Source: Bdellovibrionales bacterium (GTDB lineage Bacteria; Bdellovibrionota; UBA1018; CAIMNF01). Taken from it: a stretch of 64,000 nucleotides of DNA. The notes beneath the pieces were generated by a model. It did no database searches. It saw only the letters and a program-made list of their open reading frames with translations, and had not been told where the DNA came from. A program made the translations under genes and the position numbers. Where the stretch lies: positions 62,245-126,244 of the forward strand of contig JBEIJY010000001.1 in the NCBI GenBank assembly GCA_040380025.1. The letters run 5' to 3'. This document shows positions 50,076 to 60,485 of the stretch, one piece after another. Numbering within the stretch: position 1 is the first letter of the stretch; the number at the start of each line of letters is the position of its first letter.

Positions 50076-50695
50076 GCGCCGCAATTCTCGAGAATCCGCG
50101 CCTGGAGCTTCAACACCACCTGCGACCAGGTCTTCGAGACCCCGTCGGTGCCCGTGTGAAGAACCTCGCAAGTTTTATGAAGATCTTCGAACGCGGTCGA
50201 AAGGTTGAAATCCAGCACATCGAGATTCCCGGCCGCCTCGAACTCGCCCTCGAGCGTCCGGCGGTAGTGCATCGGAATAGGGCGGCTCTTGCCGTTCATG
50301 TTCAAAAGAAGCTCGAAACTTCCTTCGCGCTTGTCGCCCTTCGCGGTCCGGATGGACGCACTCAGGAGCCCGTCCTTGGTGAAGAACTTGAAGAAGTGCT
50401 GAAAAAGGGTCAGATCGCGCGCGGGGTTTCCGGTCTGGATGGTTTTTTCGTCCCGCACGGTGATTTCGCCCGTGAGGCCCGAAAGAAGCGCAGGCACTCC
50501 TTTGGTGCTCTCGAGACCGCCCTTCACGCCCACCTCGGCAAAGGAACCGTTCACCGCGACCTTTTGCTTGGTTTTGAAGGCGGTCCAGTGGATTTGAACC
50601 GAGGCCGGATCGAGGGTGTGCTTGCAAGCACCCCCAGCGCGGGCTGCGATCGGGGCAAGAGTCCAAATGGCGAGGATCACGATGATTTTCTTCAT
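50072..50695 (-). CDS. YceI-like periplasmic protein
   Basis: Signal peptide; WTAFKT, V.GSF, TGNPARD, GVSKTWS. Confidence 0.8.
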   Translation of the reverse strand: MKKIIVILAIWTLAPIAARAGGACKHTLDPASVQIHWTAFKTKQKVAVNGSFAEVGVKGGLESTKGVPALLSGLTGEITVRDEKTIQTGNPARDLTLFQHFFKFFTKDGLLSASIRTAKGDKREGSFELLLNMNGKSRPIPMHYRRTLEGEFEAAGNLDVLDFNLSTAFEDLHKTCEVLHTGTDGVSKTWSQVVLKLQARILENCGA

Positions 50696-50826
50696 GGCGG
50701 GTTCAGTGTACGTAAGCAAAAATACCTATGCAACTTTTTTGGTCGGGACAGCCACCCGGGGTCAAAAATAGCTTTTGCGCCAAAACCCAAGCTTTGGTAG
50801 CGTACGGACTTCGACCAAGTTTCAGC

Positions 50827-50916
50827 GGAGAGATGGGTGAGTGGTCGAAACCACACCCTTGCTAAGGGTGCAGGGAGTAACATCCCTCGAGAGTTCGAAT
50901 CTCTCTCTCTCCGCCA
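50827..50916 (+). tRNA. tRNA-Ser (GCT)
   Basis: GGAGAGA acceptor, CACCC-TTGCTAA-GGGTG anticodon arm, long variable arm, GTTCGAATC, GCCA end. Confidence 0.97.
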
Positions 50917-50920
50917 TTTT

Positions 50921-50962
50921 AAAAAAAGCCGGTGAGCCCGCAAGGGTTCAACGGCTTTTTTT
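50921..50962 (+). terminator. Intrinsic terminator after tRNA-Ser
   Basis: A7-GCCGGTGAGCCC-GCAA-GGGTTCAACGGC-T-tract. Confidence 0.8.
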
Positions 50963-50972
50963 ATTTTGCACA

Positions 50973-51123
50973 GCGGGGAGAGAGAGATTCGAAGCGAGCA
51001 GACCGGCCTGCGGTGCAGGCTGAGCGAGCGTGATGCGAGCGAAAGGTCTGCGAGGTGGCCAGGCGGAGGAGCGGCCGGATGGCGCGACGAGCGCTTGGCC
51101 GAATCTCTCTCTCTCCGCCATTT
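50973..51123 (+). repeat. Inverted-repeat element derived from the tRNA-Ser 3' end
   Basis: Inverted copy at 50973..50993 and direct 24 bp copy at 51100..51123 of 50896..50919. Confidence 0.9.
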
Positions 51124-51161
51124 AAAAAAGGCTTCCGGGCATTTCCCCGGAGGCCTTTTTT
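51124..51161 (+). terminator. Bidirectional-looking terminator after the duplicated tRNA end
   Basis: A6-GGCTTCCGGG-catttc-CCCGGAGGCC-T6. Confidence 0.8.
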
Positions 51162-51181
51162 AGTTCGTATCGCGGGAACCA

Positions 51182-51823
51182 TCACTTTGACTTCTTGTCG
51201 CATTCGAGACTTAGAATCGAATGCATTTTTTGAGGCATTTTCCACACAATTCGATCCAGCGGGATAGATGCGGCGGCCCATTGCTTCCTGTCTGCCAGCG
51301 GACCAACGAGTTCGGATTTCAGGAACTTCTTGAAGTCCTCGGAGCTTTCCTCGTACCTCGCACCTTCGCAGGATTCCATCCGATTCCAACGCCTCTCAAA
51401 TCCCAGAAGAACCTCGCGGCATTGCTCGTGCCTCAGCGAAACACGGGCTTGCTTCTCGCTATCATGGAAATCGGCAAAAAATCTCCGGATGCGAGCCTCG
51501 CATCGGACGATGGCGCCCCGATCCCACGCCGCTGACAGTACCCCGATCACAGCCGAGAGCTTGGTATCCAAGGTCACGGAATCGGGGGTTTTTCGGCTTT
51601 CGAGCAACACTCGCTGGCGGAGAGCCTCCGGAAGGTCCTGGACACCGTAATACTGGCATTCGACCGGGATAACCAACGGGCCCCTTTTTGTGGCGGCCCC
51701 GGAGAGCTGATCGAGCTCTTGGGTCACGGCATTCAGGCACGAAGAAGGCACCGCAAGAGCCGATTGCGAGGCAAATCCGGTCACTACCCCGAACAGAACC
51801 AAGAAAAGGAATCCCCTGCCCAT
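51182..51823 (-). CDS. Secreted Cys-containing hypothetical protein
   Basis: Signal peptide MGRGFLFLVLFGVV...ALA; 6 Cys. Confidence 0.65.
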   Translation of the reverse strand: MGRGFLFLVLFGVVTGFASQSALAVPSSCLNAVTQELDQLSGAATKRGPLVIPVECQYYGVQDLPEALRQRVLLESRKTPDSVTLDTKLSAVIGVLSAAWDRGAIVRCEARIRRFFADFHDSEKQARVSLRHEQCREVLLGFERRWNRMESCEGARYEESSEDFKKFLKSELVGPLADRKQWAAASIPLDRIVWKMPQKMHSILSLECDKKSK

Positions 51824-51916
51824 GGTTTTATGATGAACGGAAGAGAGCAAAGTGGCAAGCGAGGGCAGCTTAGGTGAAATCCGCCAATCGCCTCAGGCCC
51901 ATACTGAGCTCAACGC

Positions 51917-53059
51917 CTAATCCCCCGATTCCCCCCGGCGGGAGAGATCAAGCGTGGCCAGAAATTCATGTGCAGGAATGACACGGACCCCGCCCGGATA
52001 AAGCCTTGCTTTCGAAAGATGGAGTACTACCTGGATCTTTCGGGCATGGGGATGGAGCTTCTCGTAGTGTCGGAAGTTCTCGCTTGGATCCGGATCGCTC
52101 AGTTTCACCTCGATCAAATGAGTCACTGTTTTTCCGTCCATCACCGCAAAGTCGATTTCCTGCTTCTGCTTGTTTCGCAGGAATCGAAGCTGAAGATCAC
52201 ACCCCTTGGCCTCGTTGAGATTCAGAATCTCTTTGTACAGGGACAAACCCACACAGTTCTCGAATCGGGCCGCTTCGTTTTCGATCCGGGGGAGGTCAAA
52301 AAAATACAATTTCGGCATCTTCTTGAGCGATGTCGCGGTAGTGCCCAGAGGATGGATTCTGAAAAAAAGATATGAATTTTCGAGCATTTCGATCCAATTA
52401 CGGATGGTCTTGTCGCTTTTCGAAAGATCCTCGCAAAGGGACTGATAACTCAGTAATCCACCCACCTTTTCGGTGAGAAGCAAAAAAAGATTCTGAATAT
52501 CGCTCAGGTTCCGGATGTTCTCGAGTTCGGCAAGATCCTGTTTCAGAATCACATCCAGATGGGAACTCCGCCATCGTCGATAATCGGAGACACTGCCACT
52601 GAAGAACGGCTCGGGGAAGCCCCCCACAGTCAGGATCCTCTCGAGAATCTCGCTTGAGGAGAGCGAGGGAAGAAGCTTCATTCCTTCTTTCACATCGATC
52701 GGAAGAAGCGTGTGATGAAAAAAACGGCCGGCAAGCGAATCCCCCGCTCTCCGGAACGTGTTCATGCGGGCGCTCCCGGTCACGATCGTTTTTTCGGGTA
52801 AATGGCCGGTATCATACAACCCCTTCAGCCAGAGCTTCCAACGGTTGTGCTTGTGAAGCTCATCCAGCACCAAGGGAGTGTTCATTTCCCACCGCTGTTT
52901 GAGAATTGCGGTACGATCGTCCAGAAAATCGTAGTTATAGTAGGTGCAATCGGGGAACAGAGATCGGGCAAGAGTGGTCTTTCCCACTTGCCGTGGCCCG
53001 CTCAGCAGAACCAGCTTTTTTCCGAGGTCTTTTTTGAGGTCGGTGCCGAGACTTCTCAT
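51917..53059 (-). CDS. AAA_14 ATPase with DUF4143 domain (COG1373-like)
   Basis: SGPRQVGKTT, LDELHK, VTGS, DSLAGR, GGFPE, PKLYFFD, FENCV, EIDF...IEVK (PD-(D/E)xK). Confidence 0.93.
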   Translation of the reverse strand: MRSLGTDLKKDLGKKLVLLSGPRQVGKTTLARSLFPDCTYYNYDFLDDRTAILKQRWEMNTPLVLDELHKHNRWKLWLKGLYDTGHLPEKTIVTGSARMNTFRRAGDSLAGRFFHHTLLPIDVKEGMKLLPSLSSSEILERILTVGGFPEPFFSGSVSDYRRWRSSHLDVILKQDLAELENIRNLSDIQNLFLLLTEKVGGLLSYQSLCEDLSKSDKTIRNWIEMLENSYLFFRIHPLGTTATSLKKMPKLYFFDLPRIENEAARFENCVGLSLYKEILNLNEAKGCDLQLRFLRNKQKQEIDFAVMDGKTVTHLIEVKLSDPDPSENFRHYEKLHPHARKIQVVLHLSKARLYPGGVRVIPAHEFLATLDLSRRGESGD

Positions 53060-53060
53060 G

Positions 53061-53123
53061 TTTACTTTATCGGATCAAACTCCGAGAAAGTAAATACTTT
53101 TCCGGAGTTCGCTCCGGGAAAGT
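53061..53123. promoter_or_regulatory. Two tandem related palindromes directly upstream of the AAA_14 start
   Basis: TTTACTTTaTCGGA-N6-TCCGAgAAAGTAAA and ACTTTtCCGGAG-TTCG-CTCCGGgAAAGT. Confidence 0.55.
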
Positions 53124-53212
53124 TAAAGCATCGTGTATTCAGATACTTAGAATACCAAAATCGGAGCTCATGCGATCCCTGCCGCACACAGCAGGAAAGG
53201 AAGGGTGCGAAA

Positions 53213-54265
53213 ATGCACGAAGTCGGACTCATTGTCGGGAAGTTCTCGCCGCTCCATTCGGGGCATGTTCATGCCATCGAAGAGGCCCGGAGGCAGTGCC
53301 GCGAGCTGATCATTTTGACCTATTCGAACCCCGAGTTCGAGGGGTGCGAGCGAGAAAGACGGGAGCGATGGCTGAGGCGGCTGTTCTGCGATTCGAGAAT
53401 TATCGCACTCAATCAAGAATCGGTGCCGGACCAAGTACTGCCGCTGAACAGCGCAAGCGACCACGAACAACGGGAGTTTGTGGCATGGGTTCTCGAGACA
53501 CTGCTTTGCGAGAACCGAATCGGACTTCTGCCGGATGTGGTTTTCACGAGCGAGTCTTACGGTCCTGGGTTTGCCCGGCACCTCTCGGATCGGTTCAAAA
53601 AACTGGTCGAACACATCGCGATTGATCCTTCCCGATCGCGCTACCCCGTCTCGGCGTCTCTGATCCGGGCTGATCTTCATGGCCAAAGGCACTGGCTCCC
53701 GCCCGAGGTGTATCGCGATTTTGTTCAAAAGGTCCTTTTCCTCGGCGCCGAGAGCACCGGCAAAAGCACGCTCTCGCGACGAATGGCCCATGATTTCGAC
53801 AGCATCGCCATCGAGGAATTCGGACGAACCCTCTGGGAGCAAAAAAACGGACTCCTCGATTTTTCTGACATGCTGGCGATCGGGTGCGGGCAAATCGAGC
53901 GCGAGGAGGAGCGCCTGGGGAGGGCGAACCGGTTTTTGTTCTGCGACACCTCCCCCCTCAGCACCGTTTTTTACAGCGAGGCCTTGTTCGGCCGGGTCGA
54001 TCCCCGCCTCATGGAACACGCCCGGAGACACTATGATCAGGTCTTTCTTTGCTTCCCGGATTTTCCACTCGTTCAGGACGGAACCCGCTCGGACGAGGCG
54101 TTCCGGAAACGCCACCATGATTGGTACATTCGGGAGCTCGCAGAGAGAAAAATCCCCTATCACGAACTGCGAGGGCCGCTTGAGGACCGGGTACGGGAGA
54201 CGCATGCAATGATCGGGAAAACCAGCATTCATTCTGAAGTTGTCAAATTGAACAACATAGAGTAG
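53213..54265 (+). CDS. NadR-like NMN adenylyltransferase / ribosylnicotinamide kinase (no HTH)
   Basis: GKFSPLHSGH, VFTSESYG, VSASLIR, GAESTGKSTL, EFGR, FCDT, VQDGTR. Confidence 0.88.
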   Translation: MHEVGLIVGKFSPLHSGHVHAIEEARRQCRELIILTYSNPEFEGCERERRERWLRRLFCDSRIIALNQESVPDQVLPLNSASDHEQREFVAWVLETLLCENRIGLLPDVVFTSESYGPGFARHLSDRFKKLVEHIAIDPSRSRYPVSASLIRADLHGQRHWLPPEVYRDFVQKVLFLGAESTGKSTLSRRMAHDFDSIAIEEFGRTLWEQKNGLLDFSDMLAIGCGQIEREEERLGRANRFLFCDTSPLSTVFYSEALFGRVDPRLMEHARRHYDQVFLCFPDFPLVQDGTRSDEAFRKRHHDWYIRELAERKIPYHELRGPLEDRVRETHAMIGKTSIHSEVVKLNNIE

Positions 54266-54280
54266 ACTGGGATTTGGTAG

Positions 54281-54592
54281 ATGACCTGACGGGAATACAT
54301 TACAAGAATTACCGTTAACTCCAGAAGCATCCGTAAAGTGGTGATTGATTCCCACTATGAGGTCAAACACGGAAGCGCAATGAATGACGACTTAATCTTA
54401 AGGTTAGTCAGACTTCTTGATGGTGGTACCTTTCCCTCTCAAGAACGCGATGAACCTTATGATTACTTCGTAAATGACGGGCTGTTTTTGGATGGTAAGT
54501 GCTACAAACCAATCTGACTACTTGAGGATCACGGACTTTACCTTGGGGTAGTCAATGCCTACAGAAGGAAAAATCATGGGATTTCCAGGTGA
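54281..54592 (+). pseudogene. Toxin-like ORF interrupted by two in-frame TGA stops
   Basis: MT*REYITRITVNSRSIRKVVIDSHYEVKH...KCYKPI*LLEDHGLYLGVVNAYRR; TGA at 54287 and 54515; overlaps the HTH gene. Confidence 0.7.
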
Positions 54593-54878
54593 AAAGAAAC
54601 TATCCGCAGTCCGATCCAAACTTCAAAAAAAGGACGGATTTCTGATGCTCTCACCCGGGGCGGATGAGCTTGATCAATTCAGATTTCGGATTTGTCAGGA
54701 GATTTTGAAATACGCCCTTCGCAAGAAGCTCACCGCAAGCGAGATGTCGAAACTGCTTGGAATCACCAAGGCGGACATGAGCAGGATCTTCAATCACCGG
54801 ATCAAACGATTCAGTACCGACCGACTGATTCGAATTTACTCCAAGATCAATCCCCGCTACCGCCTGCGCGTAGCCTGA
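54576..54878 (+). CDS. XRE/HigA-like HTH protein (putative antitoxin)
   Basis: LTASEMSKLLGITKADMSRIFNHRIKRFSTDRL. Confidence 0.82.
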   Translation: MGFPGEKKLSAVRSKLQKKDGFLMLSPGADELDQFRFRICQEILKYALRKKLTASEMSKLLGITKADMSRIFNHRIKRFSTDRLIRIYSKINPRYRLRVA

Positions 54879-54883
54879 TTGAA

Positions 54884-56764
54884 TCATCGTCTTTGAAACA
54901 ACGAGGCGAAACCTCCGAGCACCAAACACACCCCGAAATCGAGCGGATGAATCGGATTCATCTCGAACAACCGGCATAGCTCGGGGCTTCGTAGCACCAA
55001 AAAAAACACCGAGACCGCAACCATCCCCGCAAGCGCCCGATACAGGGTTCGCTGACCCATGATCATCAGCCCCGCATTCGCAAAAACAAAAGTCGTGAGC
55101 ATGAGGGCACGCACATCCCACTCGCCTTTTCCCTGAAACCACGCGAACACTCCCACCACCGCCAGAGACGCAAGAATGCGAAGGCTTCGCACGAGCGCCT
55201 TTCGGAGAAGAACCGGATCGCGAAACGCCGCCCTCACGGGTCCGCCCGTGAGCATCTCTCTTGCCGGATCCTGCACAAACACCAAAAGTCCGAAGGGCAC
55301 CAGCACAAATGCCAGAACCACCAAATGAAGCGGCAAAAAAACGGGTGGCAAGCCCGTGACCATCGGTAACAGCACCGCTCCCGCCATTGCCATCCGGACC
55401 GACGCAAGATATGCGATTGCACTCTTCATTCGGATCACTTCGCATCGCGACTCCATGACGGCCTCGCGCACAAGAGCGGCATCATCCCGAAGAAGTACGA
55501 GCTGAGACTTTTCTCGCAATGAATCGGGACCCTTGTACCCGGGAGCAATCGAGACCTCGGCCTCGGCAAACACGGCCTGATCTTGTACCGAATCGCCGAG
55601 AAGGATCACCCGCTCGCCTTTTCGTCGAAGAATCCGAAGAAGCCTGCTCTTTTGCTTGGACTGAAGCCCCTGAAATACCGGCACCGGATTTGCCGCAGAA
55701 CTGCCCGTCGATTCGCGCGCAATTTGGGCATCATCCATCAAGTCGAACGCATCGGAGACAATGCGGTTTTCCGGATGATTTGCAGGGTGATGGAAACCGT
55801 GATTTTCGCGATGAACCTCCGCCTCCCCAGCCTGAGCCAGCACCGTGACTGCGACTCCCTCGACGGGATCACGCAAAAAAACTCCCGCATGGTGATGGTC
55901 CAAAACCACGCGATTCGCGCCCGAAAGCCCCTCGATCGCACTCGAATCCCGAACGGCGATTCCGGCGGCAAGAAGCCTTGCCGCACTTTGCTCGGCGAAA
56001 ATCCGGATCAGTGCTGGCATCTCGGCCGGGATTGCCGCCAGAAGAAACCCCACACTGAAATCCACCCCATCCGACCAATCCTTCCGAAGGGCCACGAACA
56101 AAAACAACAAAACCCCGCTTAAGGGCACGGTGATCCAGAACCACTGCCGTAAAAAATCGCGCGCCTCCGCAAGGAGTCCTCGCTCTGCTCCACGCCCTTC
56201 TTCTACCTCGATCCACTCCGCGGGGAGATCGCGGGACCTCGGTTTCGCCGCGCGGATCCTCACCACGCCCGAGCCACGGGTCACGACCGAACCGGGTGCC
56301 AGCATCTCGTGCATCGGGGTTGCCACACTGAGTTCGATCGGGGAGCCGGCAAGGAGCTCGGCCTCGGCCGGAACCCGATCGCCCTCTTCGAGGAGCACGA
56401 GGTCCTCCCGCACGAGTTCGGAATGGGGAATCCGGAAGGTTCGGCCGTCGCGAATGACTTGCGGCCGACAGGTCGCCCATTCGCGCCAACGCTCGAGCCT
56501 GATTTTTGCGCGCCAGCGTTGCATCAAAAGACCCGCTAACAAAGCGGCGAGAATGATCGCGGTCCGCCATCCCGAGGAGCCTCCGGTCGCAAAGAGCGCA
56601 ACACATCCGAGGGCCACCATGGCTGTGAACGGGTCAAAAATGGCCCGAAGGACTTTCTTGGGACTCCGCGAGTGAAACCGAAAAATCGAGCTCGTGCCTT
56701 CGGCCTCAAGCCTTGATTTCGCGAGGGATTGGGTGATTCCTGAGAACACGGGCTCCCGGGCCAT
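54884..56764 (-). CDS. Degenerate P-type ATPase-like membrane protein
   Basis: VIRDG, LLEEGDRVPAEA, AIPAEMP, LLGDSVQD..F..AEVSI retained; DKTGT, TGES and the N-domain are absent. Confidence 0.75.
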   Translation of the reverse strand: MAREPVFSGITQSLAKSRLEAEGTSSIFRFHSRSPKKVLRAIFDPFTAMVALGCVALFATGGSSGWRTAIILAALLAGLLMQRWRAKIRLERWREWATCRPQVIRDGRTFRIPHSELVREDLVLLEEGDRVPAEAELLAGSPIELSVATPMHEMLAPGSVVTRGSGVVRIRAAKPRSRDLPAEWIEVEEGRGAERGLLAEARDFLRQWFWITVPLSGVLLFLFVALRKDWSDGVDFSVGFLLAAIPAEMPALIRIFAEQSAARLLAAGIAVRDSSAIEGLSGANRVVLDHHHAGVFLRDPVEGVAVTVLAQAGEAEVHRENHGFHHPANHPENRIVSDAFDLMDDAQIARESTGSSAANPVPVFQGLQSKQKSRLLRILRRKGERVILLGDSVQDQAVFAEAEVSIAPGYKGPDSLREKSQLVLLRDDAALVREAVMESRCEVIRMKSAIAYLASVRMAMAGAVLLPMVTGLPPVFLPLHLVVLAFVLVPFGLLVFVQDPAREMLTGGPVRAAFRDPVLLRKALVRSLRILASLAVVGVFAWFQGKGEWDVRALMLTTFVFANAGLMIMGQRTLYRALAGMVAVSVFFLVLRSPELCRLFEMNPIHPLDFGVCLVLGGFASLFQRR

Positions 56765-56804
56765 GCGAAGGAAATGTGCAAGTCCCGCACCGGAATCTGA
56801 TGGA

Positions 56805-58118
56805 TCAAAACAAATCGGCGATGCTTTGTTTTGGCACCTGATACAACTGCGAGCCGGGCGAGGGATAATTCTGCTGATCTCCCGTGAACATCAAAAGATC
56901 CAAAGTCGGGAGATGGTTCCTGAATGCTCCCCCCCTTCCCGAGGAAAGATACGGGTAAGAGACTGTGCGCATCCCGGGAAACCCTACTTGTTTGATCTCG
57001 TTGGTGTCGGCCTTGACGATGTAAGCTGTGTCATAACCGATGGCCAAAAAGTATAGGTTTGTTCCTACCTCAAATGCACGAATCCAAATTACTTTCCGCC
57101 CATTCGTCCACTGCAGGGGAGTTTCCGGACCCACCGCTCCCAATGCGGAGATGAATCGCATTTTGAATTCGAAATTCTGCGGATTCTTTCGATCCTTGTA
57201 GATCGCGATCACCTCTCCATTCGATCTTTCGAACAGCTCTGACTGCTCGGCGATCTCGGGGTACTGATCCGTGATTGCGAGAGGATCCTGGGAGAGATCA
57301 AACAGCATCGATTCACTCCACGAGGCTCCATCAAACGAGAAGAAAGGGATTTTATAATAGCGATTGAAGGCCGGGGGTCCGGGTACGAACTCGTCCTGGA
57401 CCGGAAGCAAAAACGCCCGGCCGGAGTCTTTGTAAACCACATAAGGATACCAATAGTCCGTCGGAAGTTGGGTGATCTTTTGCTCGGTCCAAGCACCGTT
57501 CGGGGCTTTCGTATACAGAAACAAAGTCTTCGAATTGGAAACGGGATCGAGAAACAAGCCGTATGACACCGCAAGATGCCCCTGTCCGTTCGAGGTTGCT
57601 CCGACCCGGATGTTCACGACTTCATCGGTTGGAGAAAGAGCCTGACGGATCACGGTGCGCGAAGTCTGGGAGAAATCATCGGCTTGGACATTCGCATATT
57701 CGTAATGAACCAATGATCCGCACCAGCCACAAATGCTCACATCGTATGGCTCGAAGGCGATCACATGGAGTTTTCCTGAAGGATCCACCAGAACATTCCC
57801 GGGCCTCGATACGGGAATAGAAGCCACCCGGGCCGGTGGAAGCCCGTCCTTTTTTTTGTAAATGACGAAATCCGCAAGAGTGGTTGTGGCGCCTGTGTCT
57901 CCCTCGATGATTCCGTAGTAAATTGACGCTCCAAACCTGCTGATTTTTGTCATGTTGTACCCCCACCAGGTTGAATTCGGGGAGTGCGTTCGGCTTGACG
58001 GCAGAATCGTCAACGAGAGTCCGGGAATTGAAACTACCGGTTCTTTGGAAGAGCAGGAAAAAATGCTCAAAACCATGACGGATGCCGCAAGGGTTGGAAG
58101 CAGAAAGTTTCGGATCAT
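56805..58118 (-). CDS. Putative lipoprotein, beta-rich (propeller-like)
   Basis: MIRNFLLP...LSIFSC lipobox; repeated D..G..H and W motifs; lower GC. Confidence 0.7.
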   Translation of the reverse strand: MIRNFLLPTLAASVMVLSIFSCSSKEPVVSIPGLSLTILPSSRTHSPNSTWWGYNMTKISRFGASIYYGIIEGDTGATTTLADFVIYKKKDGLPPARVASIPVSRPGNVLVDPSGKLHVIAFEPYDVSICGWCGSLVHYEYANVQADDFSQTSRTVIRQALSPTDEVVNIRVGATSNGQGHLAVSYGLFLDPVSNSKTLFLYTKAPNGAWTEQKITQLPTDYWYPYVVYKDSGRAFLLPVQDEFVPGPPAFNRYYKIPFFSFDGASWSESMLFDLSQDPLAITDQYPEIAEQSELFERSNGEVIAIYKDRKNPQNFEFKMRFISALGAVGPETPLQWTNGRKVIWIRAFEVGTNLYFLAIGYDTAYIVKADTNEIKQVGFPGMRTVSYPYLSSGRGGAFRNHLPTLDLLMFTGDQQNYPSPGSQLYQVPKQSIADLF

Positions 58119-58799
58119 TCCATGCTGGAGTTTCTTCACTTCTACTCTTCGGTTCCCTGCTTTTTTTCTTAAACACCCCGTCGCACTCAAGCGGCCTCGT
58201 TGCAAAAAACCTGAAAAGGGACGAAATTTCCCGCGAATTCTTGAAAAATTCTCGTCCCCGGAACAAGGGAGAATCAATTGATGGAACTCAAAAAAGATGT
58301 TCTTTTTTTTTGAATTCACCCGCCATAAGGTGCGGGTGGGTTTGAAAAAGGAGGCACCGATGATGATTTGCACACTCAACCCGGACTCCCGCATCCTGAT
58401 TGCGAGCGGGGATTCCCTTCTTTTGGATCTGCTTTGCGAGGCGATCCAGCTCGGAGGGGCGGAAGCGATCCGCGCAGGATCGATTCAGGATGCACTGCTG
58501 ATGCTCAAAAGAAAATCAATCCACGCCGTGGTTGCGGACTCGAAGATGATGGACGGCTCAGGCGTGGACCTGATTCGAAGAATCCGAAGCCAAGGGATCC
58601 TGATTCCGGGCGCTCTGATGATGGGTCGGGACCCGGAGCCCGCAGAGCTCGCCCTGCTTTCAGGAGATGCGGAGGTCGTATTCCGGAAGCCCTTTGGAAT
58701 CGACGATTTTTTGGCGGGCTTGCGAGAAATGCTCGACCAGCAACTTCCGGGCCTCCGGTTTCAGGCACCCCTCCGGCCAAAGGGCTCCGCGCGATCCGC

Positions 58800-60434
<1,635 letters not shown>

Positions 60435-60485
60435 GGAAGCTTGATCTTACCTTTTTCTTTGATTTTTATCGAGTTCGAAGCGCAA

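Noticed and set aside
50900-50911. (CT)n microsatellite or phase-variation tract
   Set aside because: It is part of the tRNA-Ser T-stem and acceptor stem.
58195-58245. Possible c-di-GMP-I riboswitch (GCAAA...GAAA...GACG)
   Set aside because: The stem around GAAA is only 3 bp and the second hairpin is not evident; an Infernal scan would be needed.
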